Translations under genes and position numbers: made by a program | Notes under the pieces: generated by a model | What the model was told of the DNA's origin: nothing | What the model saw: the letters and a program-made list of their open reading frames with translations, nothing else | The model's database searches: none | Part shown: positions 57,779 to 64,000 of the stretch, piece by piece | Numbering within the stretch: the stretch's first letter is position 1 | Layout of the letters: the number at the start of each line of letters is the position of its first letter | Assembly (NCBI GenBank): GCA_031409275.1 | Contig: JANNXA010000037.1 | Coordinates: 1-64,000, forward strand | Reading direction: 5' to 3' | Source: Planctomycetota bacterium | GTDB lineage: Bacteria > Planctomycetota > B15-G4 > SIAN01 | DNA: 64,000 nt

Positions 57779-59107
57779 ATGAGTTCGCGCAACGATCCGA
57801 CGCGTCGCAGCTTCCTCAAAGTCTCAGGTGCAGCGCTGCTGACGTCGACGGCGCTCGATCGCGTCGCCCACGCGGCGATGCAGCGGCTCGCGCCGGGCGC
57901 CTTCCTGACCGGCGACGACACGCTGAAGGTCGCGCTGATCGGATGCGGCGGCCGCGGCACCGGAGCGGCGGCGCAGGCGCTGTCGACGGCCGGGCCGGTG
58001 AAGCTCGTCGCCGTGGCCGATGCCTTTCGCGATCGTCTCGACAGCAGCTTGAACGCGCTGCGCGCCGACCACGCCAACAAGGTCGACGTGACTCCCGACC
58101 GCTGCTACGTCGGCTTCGACGCCTACAAGGCGGCGATCGACCAGTGCGACGTCGCCATCCTCACCACTCCGCCGGGTTTCCGGCCGCTCCACTTCGAGTA
58201 CGCCATCGCGAAGGGCAAGCACGTCTTCATGGAGAAGCCGGTCGCCACCGACGCTCCCGGTGTGCGCCGCGTGCTGGCCGCCGCCGCGATGGCGAAGCAG
58301 AAGAACCTGAAGGTCGGCGTCGGACTGCAGCGCCACCATGATCCGGGCTACATCGAAGCGGTTCGGCGCGTGCAGGATGGCGCCATCGGCGACGTGATGT
58401 TCCAGCGCGTCTATTGGTGCGACGGTGGCGTCTGGGTGAACCCGCGCCAGCCCGGTCAGACCGAAATGGAGTACCAGATGCGCAACTGGTACTACTTCAC
58501 GTGGTTGTGCGGCGACCACATCGTCGAGCAGCACATCCACAACCTCGACGTCGCCAACTGGGTGAAGAACGGTCCGCCGGTGCGAGCGCGCGGGCAGGGC
58601 GGTCGCCAGGTGCGCACCGGCATCGACCACGGCGAGATCTTCGACCACCACCAGGTCGAGTTCGAGTACGCCGACGGCAGCAAGCTCTTCAGCTACTGCC
58701 ACCATTGGCCCAATGCCTGGAGCAGCGTCAGCGAGCACGCGCACGGCACCAAGGGCTACGCTGATCTCTCGGCCAAACGCATCGAAGGCGCCGCCGCATG
58801 GCAGTTCGCACGCGCTCGCGGCGAGGAGGGCGTCGATCCCTACCAGATCGAGCACGACGTCCTCTTCGACGCCATCCGCAACGACAAGCCGCACAACGAG
58901 GCGGTCTACGGCGCCAACAGCACGATGACGGCGATCTTCGGCCGCATGGCGACCTACAGCGGGCGCGAGCTCACCTGGGACCAGGCGCTCGCGTCGGAGC
59001 AGAACCTCCTCCCCGACGTGCTCGATTGGAAGGCGATGCCGAAATCGCTGCCCGATGCCAGCGGCCGCTACAAGATCGCGCTGCCCGGGTCGGCGATGAA
59101 TTCGTGA
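57779..59107 (+). CDS. Tat-exported Gfo/Idh/MocA oxidoreductase
   Basis: TRRSFLK signal; GCGGRGTGA; EKPVATD; EQHIHNLD. Confidence 0.92.
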   Translation: MSSRNDPTRRSFLKVSGAALLTSTALDRVAHAAMQRLAPGAFLTGDDTLKVALIGCGGRGTGAAAQALSTAGPVKLVAVADAFRDRLDSSLNALRADHANKVDVTPDRCYVGFDAYKAAIDQCDVAILTTPPGFRPLHFEYAIAKGKHVFMEKPVATDAPGVRRVLAAAAMAKQKNLKVGVGLQRHHDPGYIEAVRRVQDGAIGDVMFQRVYWCDGGVWVNPRQPGQTEMEYQMRNWYYFTWLCGDHIVEQHIHNLDVANWVKNGPPVRARGQGGRQVRTGIDHGEIFDHHQVEFEYADGSKLFSYCHHWPNAWSSVSEHAHGTKGYADLSAKRIEGAAAWQFARARGEEGVDPYQIEHDVLFDAIRNDKPHNEAVYGANSTMTAIFGRMATYSGRELTWDQALASEQNLLPDVLDWKAMPKSLPDASGRYKIALPGSAMNS

Positions 59108-59150
59108 CTTCCCGCGGCGTTCGATTCCCCTCCCGACGAAAGGAACGGTC

Positions 59151-59651
59151 GTGACGACGAATGCTCTTGCCGCAGCGACGGTGCTGCTCGCGGCGTCGGT
59201 GGCCTTCTCGAATCCGTGGCAGGACGCGCCGAAACCGGCTGACCCGCCTGCGCGTCCCGCGTCTTCTCCTCAGGAGGAGCGCGACCACCAGGAAGCGGAG
59301 GAGACTCCGCTCGCCGCGGAGATGGAGAAGGTCGAGCACGCCGAGCACTTTTTGCGGCGAAGCATCGGCGATGCGGCGCAGGACGCCGAGTCGCTGAAGC
59401 GCATCGCAGAAGCGCAGCAGGCGATCCTCGCGGCGAAGCTGCTGCAGCCGAAGATGACGGCGAGCGTGCCCGAGGCCGAACGGGCGAAGTTCTTGTCGGA
59501 CTATCGCCGCGAGATGGCCGGTCTGCTGATCGAGTTCACTCAGCTCGAGCGCGCGCTGCTCGACGGCGATCGTGAAGCGGCGAAGGCCTCCTACAAGAAG
59601 CTGCACGCGATGGAGGAGGTGGGCCACAACTCCTTCACCTCCGGCGACTGA
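59151..59651 (+). CDS. Secreted cytochrome b562-like four-helix protein
   Basis: Signal peptide; LAAEME near the N-terminus and GHNSF at the C-terminus match the b562 Met/His ligand layout; all-helical. Confidence 0.55.
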   Translation: MTTNALAAATVLLAASVAFSNPWQDAPKPADPPARPASSPQEERDHQEAEETPLAAEMEKVEHAEHFLRRSIGDAAQDAESLKRIAEAQQAILAAKLLQPKMTASVPEAERAKFLSDYRREMAGLLIEFTQLERALLDGDREAAKASYKKLHAMEEVGHNSFTSGD

Positions 59652-59772
59652 CGGGCGGCTGACGGGCGGCGAGGCGGCATCTGCTGCGTCGGATCGCCCT
59701 CGTTGGCTCCTTTCGGAGCCAGACTTCGGGCCGATCCTCCTTGCATCTACCACCTCGGCGCTCCGTCAGCGT

Positions 59773-60000
59773 GAGCGCCGGCGAAGGCGGCGTGAAGTGG
59801 TGAGGAGCGGCGTGAGGTGGAGGGGAGCGGCGCTGCGCGCCGGCTCGCGAAGGCGAGGGTGGCGCGAGGGGGTGAAGAGCGGCGCTGCGCGCCGGCTCGC
59901 GGAGGCGAGGGGGGCGCGAGGTGGAGGGGAGCGGCGCGAAGCGCCGGCTCGCGAAGGCGAGGGGGGCGTGAGGGGGTGAGGAGCGGCGCGAAGCGCCGGC
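59773..60000. repeat. 52-bp-period G-rich palindromic tandem array (REP-like)
   Basis: GAGCGGCGC units at 59825, 59877, 59929, 59981 plus a degenerate unit at 59773; internal CTCGC-G(A/G)AG-GCGAG hairpin. Confidence 0.85.
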
Positions 60001-60031
60001 TTGGGAGAGAAGGGCGGCTTGGGAGGGACGG

Positions 60032-60631
60032 GTGGCGGCGCGGATCGAGGAGTTGCGGGAGCGATTGGCGGAGATCGCGGCGGCGCCGAAGGACGAAGGG
60101 GTGTTGCGCGCGCTCTTTGTGCGGCCCGAGGTCGGGCAGCGGCGTGCGGTCGAGAGCGTGGAACTCGATTGCGTCTTGGGGGTGGTGGGTGACAACTGGA
60201 GCCGGCGCGGGAGTCGACGCACGGCCGATGGATCGCCGCATCCCGAGCAGCAGATCACGCTGATGAACGTGCGCGCGCTCGACGCGATCGCGGAGCGCGA
60301 CGACCGCTTCGCGCTGGCCGGGGATCAGTTGATCGTCGACTTCGATCTCGGCGTTGCGAACGTCTCGTCGGGCACGCGTCTCGCCATCGGCACGGCGGTG
60401 ATCGAGGTGACGACGCTGCCGCACACCGGCTGCGCCAAGTTCGCCGAGCGCTTCGGCGCCGACGCGCTCGCCTTCGTCAACTCGGTCGAGGGGCGCGCGC
60501 TGCGGCTACGCGGCATCAACGCGCGGGTGGTCGAGCCAGGCGCGGTGCGGATCGGCGACTCCATTCGCAAGCACCCGTTCGCGGCACCGTCCGCCCGGGC
60601 GACTCCCCCGGGCGCGACTCCGTCGCCATGA
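60032..60631 (+). CDS. MOSC domain protein
   Basis: APKDEG.L, GVVGDNW, QITLMN, LAGDQL.VD.DL, PHTGCAKF, LRGINARV..PG.VRIGD. Confidence 0.85.
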   Translation: MAARIEELRERLAEIAAAPKDEGVLRALFVRPEVGQRRAVESVELDCVLGVVGDNWSRRGSRRTADGSPHPEQQITLMNVRALDAIAERDDRFALAGDQLIVDFDLGVANVSSGTRLAIGTAVIEVTTLPHTGCAKFAERFGADALAFVNSVEGRALRLRGINARVVEPGAVRIGDSIRKHPFAAPSARATPPGATPSP

Positions 60632-60695
60632 TCCCGGCATTGAAGAGGCGCCGCGCCGAGAGGAGCGCGGGGTCGCGCTTCGGGAGATCAAGGTC

Positions 60696-61736
60696 ATGGA
60701 ACGACGTGGACGGTTCCTGTCGCTGTTGGCGCTGCTTGGAATGTCAACCGGCGCTCCGGCGCAGGAGGAGGGTGCCGTGAAGGGTGAGATGAAGCGGCCG
60801 AGCTACAGCAAGCTCGGCTACGACCTGACGCCGCCGAGTGCGGAGGCGAAGGCGAAGCGCCTCGCCGAGCTGACGCCCGAGCAGATCCGCGTCACGCAGA
60901 ACGCGGGCACCGAGCCGGCAGGCTGCGGGCTGCTGCTGAAGGAGAAGCGCGCCGGACTCTTCGCCTGCGTCGTCTGCGGGCTGCCGCTCTTCAAGTCGGG
61001 CGCGAAGTTCGAGTCGGGCACCGGCTGGCCGTCGTTCTTCGATCCGTTCGCGCCGGAGCACGTGCGCGTGAACGCCGATCGCAGCCACGGCATGGTCCGC
61101 GAAGAGATCGTCTGCGGTCGCGATGGCGCGCACCTCGGTCACGTCTTCGATGACGGCCCGCCGCCGACGGGCAAGCGCTACTGCCTCAACTCGGCGTCGC
61201 TGCGCTTCTTTGCCGATGGCGAAGCGCTGCCGCCCGAGAGCCTTCCGGTGGCAACGCAGGTGACCTACTTCGCGGGCGGCTGCTTCTGGGGTGTCGAAGA
61301 TGTCTTCTCGACGGTCGAGGGGGTGGTCGACGCCGAGTCGGGCTACATGAACGGCAAGACCGAAGCGCCGACCTACAAGCAGATCTGCAACCACGACACG
61401 GGCCACGCCGAAGCGGTGAAGATCGTCTTCGATCCGGCGCGAACGAGCTTCCGCAAGCTCGCGCAGTTCTTCTTCAAGATCCACGATCCGACCACGCTCA
61501 ACCGCCAGGGGCCTGACATCGGCGATCAGTACCGCTCGGCGATCTTCACGGCCGACGCGCAGCAACAGGCCGACGCCGTCGCCCTCATCGCCGAGCTCGC
61601 GAAGCTCCCGAAGTACGAGAAGCGGCGCATCGTGACGGTGGTCGAGCCGGCGAAGACCTTCTGGCGCGCCGAGGAGTACCACCAGGACTACCACCTGAAA
61701 AATGGCGGCAGCTGCCGGCTCCCGACCGACGACTGA
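60696..61736 (+). CDS. msrAB: Exported MsrB-MsrA fusion peptide methionine sulfoxide reductase (Cys form)
   Basis: KFESGTGWPSF, HLGHVF.DGP, RYCLNS; FAGGCFWG, TGHAE, QYRS, AEEYHQDY; signal-like N-terminus. Confidence 0.95.
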   Translation: MERRGRFLSLLALLGMSTGAPAQEEGAVKGEMKRPSYSKLGYDLTPPSAEAKAKRLAELTPEQIRVTQNAGTEPAGCGLLLKEKRAGLFACVVCGLPLFKSGAKFESGTGWPSFFDPFAPEHVRVNADRSHGMVREEIVCGRDGAHLGHVFDDGPPPTGKRYCLNSASLRFFADGEALPPESLPVATQVTYFAGGCFWGVEDVFSTVEGVVDAESGYMNGKTEAPTYKQICNHDTGHAEAVKIVFDPARTSFRKLAQFFFKIHDPTTLNRQGPDIGDQYRSAIFTADAQQQADAVALIAELAKLPKYEKRRIVTVVEPAKTFWRAEEYHQDYHLKNGGSCRLPTDD

Positions 61737-61835
61737 GACGCAAGGCCGCGACGGCGCATCGCGCCGCATCGCGGTTCAAGGCAAACGGTTCACGGCATTG
61801 CCTTCCACCTCGGCCCGCTCTCCTCGAGGCTTTTC

Positions 61836-62855
61836 ATGCGATTCGCCCTTCTTCGTCGGTTGCCGCGGTTGCCGTTGCTGGCGCTGCTCGCCCTTTCCGG
61901 TGCGAGCTGCCAGCAGTCGGAGAGCGGCGCCGCCGCCACTGGCAGTCGCGTGGGCGGATCGTCGCGCGGCTATGACCTCGCGGCCCCGAGCGCGCAGGCG
62001 AAGGCGAAGCGCCTCGCCGAGCTCACGCGCCAGCAGCTGAGCGTCACCCAGGACGCCGACACCGAAGCGCCTGGAAGCGGCGCGCTGCTGCACGAAGAGC
62101 GAGCCGGTCTCTTCGTCTGCGTGGTCTGCGGGCTCCCGCTCTTCGAATCGTCCGCCAAGTTCGATTCGGGGACGGGTTGGCCGTCGTTCTTCGCACCGTT
62201 CGCTCCGGACCATGTGGTCGTCCGCAGCGATTCGAGCCTTGGCATCACGCGCGACGAGATCGTCTGCGGCCGCGACGGTGCCCATCTCGGGCATGTCTTC
62301 GACGATGGGCCGGCGCCGACCGGCAAGCGCTACTGCCTCAACTCGGCGTCGCTGCAGTTTTTCGCGGAGGGTGAAACCTTGCCGGCCGACAGCAAACCGA
62401 TCGAAGCGCAGACCGCCTACTTCGCCGGCGGCTGATTCTGGGGCGTCGAAGACGCCTTCGCCGCCGTCGGCGGCGTGATCGATGCCGAGTCGGGCTACAT
62501 GAACGGCACCACCGACCATCCAAGCTACGCGCAGGTTTGTGGCGGCTCGACCGGCCACGCCGAGGCGGTGAAGGTCGTCTTCGATCCGACGAAGACCAGC
62601 TTCAAGCAACTGATGCTGCGCTTCTTCGAGCTGTGCGACCCATGGGGCCGGCCTGGCGAATCGGTCGACCACGGCAGCCAGTACCGCACCGCGATCTTCA
62701 CCGCGAATGGCGAACAGCTCGCGCAAGCGCGCGCGCTCGTCGCCGAGCTCGCGGCGCAACCGCAACATGCCGGCCAGCGCTTCCTCACGCTGATCGAGCC
62801 CGCGCAGACCTTCTGGCGCGCCGAGGAGTACCACCAGGACTACTACAAGAAGTAG
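61836..62855 (+). CDS. msrAB: Second MsrB-MsrA fusion, lipoprotein, with in-frame TGA (probable selenocysteine) at the MsrA catalytic site
   Basis: ORFs 61836..62435 and 62475..62855 share a frame; TGA at 62433-62435 gives FAGG*FWGVE versus FAGGCFWGVE in the paralog; lipobox ALSGASC. Confidence 0.8.
62440..62475 (+). promoter_or_regulatory. Candidate bacterial SECIS hairpin(s)
   Basis: GGGGCGTC-GAA-GACGCCTT (62440-62458) and CGCCGCC-GTC-GGCGGCG (62459-62475) just 3' of the TGA; both loops start with G. Confidence 0.5.
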
Positions 62856-62878
62856 CGCGCATTCGGCGGGGGGCCGGA

Positions 62879-63607
62879 ATGGAACGTCGGTCGGGGCTCG
62901 GGAAGACGCTGCGCGACCTGCGCAATCGCTTCGACTTCTTCGTGCGCAGCCGCCTCCGACTCGGCCGCACCGTCGACGCCGCCGCGATGCTCGCGCAAGA
63001 CGAGCCGCTCCAGGCCGAGTTCGCCGACTGCCTGTCGCGCTTCGACTGGCGGTCGGCGTTGGCCCGCTTCGCCGGCCGCGATCGGCTGGCGGTGGCGGAC
63101 GTCGGCTGCCGGACGTTCCTCTTCGCGCCGGTGCTCGAGCGCTGCTTCGCGGCGCACGGGTTGCGCGTCGCGCTGCACGGGATCGAGCTCGACGCCTTCC
63201 GCCGCTTCACCGACCTGCGCACCCGCGAGGATCACGGCCGCTTCTACGCTGCGCAAGTCGAGGCGGGGCGCTACCACGCGATCGACGTGCGCGAGTTCCA
63301 TGAGGCGCTCGACGTCGCGTTCCTGCTGAACCCCTTCGTGACCCGCGAGCCGCTGCTGCGATGGGGGTTGCCGCTGCGGACCTTCGCCCCCGAAGCGATC
63401 GTCGCCCACCTCTTCACGTTGCTGCAGCCGCGCCGCGGCCTCCTCTTCACCAGCAATCCGACCGAGGCGGAGCTCGCCATCACCCGGTCGATCGCGAGCG
63501 ACCGCGGCTTCCGCCTCCTGCAGGAGCATCATTGGCAGGCCGCCGCGCCGAGCGAGTCGACCGACCGCTGGTGCGCGCTCTGGAGCTCCGGCGGCGCCGA
63601 GGGCTGA
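62879..63607 (+). CDS. Hypothetical protein, SAM-methyltransferase-like fold
   Basis: VADVGC motif-I-like, GIELD, FLLNPF. Confidence 0.55.
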   Translation: MERRSGLGKTLRDLRNRFDFFVRSRLRLGRTVDAAAMLAQDEPLQAEFADCLSRFDWRSALARFAGRDRLAVADVGCRTFLFAPVLERCFAAHGLRVALHGIELDAFRRFTDLRTREDHGRFYAAQVEAGRYHAIDVREFHEALDVAFLLNPFVTREPLLRWGLPLRTFAPEAIVAHLFTLLQPRRGLLFTSNPTEAELAITRSIASDRGFRLLQEHHWQAAAPSESTDRWCALWSSGGAEG

Positions 63608-63702
63608 GGCCGGCGGGGTGCCGTGACGGCTGGCCGATCGCGCGGAAGCGCCGTAGGCTCGCCCCTCCTCGATCCGATTCGCGGATCGTCGTGGAGTTCC
63701 CG

Positions 63703-64000
63703 ATGGGCCGTCGCCGTCGTCTCGCCCCGCTCGCCGTCGTTGCGGCGGCACTCGCGTCGATCGCGCCCGGCACCCCGGCGCAGCAGCGCTTCGAGCGCGT
63801 CTCCGTTTCCGGCAGCGGCGTCGAAGGCAACGCCCACCAGCCTTCCGACTTCGCGCGCGTCTCCGCCGACGGGCGCTTCGTCGCGTTCAGCAGCAACGCC
63901 ACCAACCTCGCGCCGAACGACGCGAATGGCCGCCTCGACGTCTACCTGCGCGATCGGCAGCTCGGCACCACGGTGCTGATCAGCGCGACGGCGGCCGGGT
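63703..64000 (+). CDS. Secreted TolB/PD40-like beta-propeller protein (runs off window)
   Basis: Own translation: MGRRRRLAPLAVVAAALA...VSADGRFVAFSSNATNLAPNDANGRLDVYLRDR; GGAG RBS. Confidence 0.8.
   Translation, partial: MGRRRRLAPLAVVAAALASIAPGTPAQQRFERVSVSGSGVEGNAHQPSDFARVSADGRFVAFSSNATNLAPNDANGRLDVYLRDRQLGTTVLISATAAG

Noticed and set aside
59773..60000. CRISPR array
   Set aside because: The sequences between palindromes are near-identical rather than unique spacers, and no cas genes are in the window
62475..62855. Independent short msrA gene
   Set aside because: It would lack the GCFWG catalytic motif; it is the in-frame continuation of 61836..62435

Overview
Very GC-rich (roughly 70% by eye) bacterial chromosomal segment, most consistent with Planctomycetota (inferred from SpoVG with a CxxC..CxxC insert after ispE, an AroD-AroE fusion, and many Tat/lipoprotein and sulfatase-like genes). 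It carries a 5-oxoproline utilisation operon (pxpBC fusion, pxpA, DUF969, DUF979, pcp), tatA, six alkaline-phosphatase-superfamily 'sulfatase-like' genes that all have T-x-P-S-H instead of the C/S-x-P-x-R formylglycine motif (four fused to TPRs), housekeeping genes (truD, xth, aroDE, ispE, spoVG, psd-pssA-folK-panC-panD), an ECF sigma/anti-sigma locus followed by a TlpA-like and two AlgX/AlgJ-like proteins, and an exported Gfo/Idh/MocA-ApbE-FGE-like-cytochrome b562 cluster. The strongest finding is a tandem pair of exported MsrB-MsrA fusions in which the second copy has an in-frame TGA exactly at the MsrA catalytic Cys (GG-TGA-FWG) followed by hairpins, i.e. a probable selenoprotein next to its Cys paralog. 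Non-coding highlights are two MITE-like families (about 183 bp with CTAG-type ends, three copies plus a partial; 158 bp with perfect 15-bp TIRs and a TCA duplication) and a 52-bp-period palindromic tandem array. No rRNA, tRNA or CRISPR array was seen. All product calls come from motif recognition, not database searches, and several start codons are best guesses.
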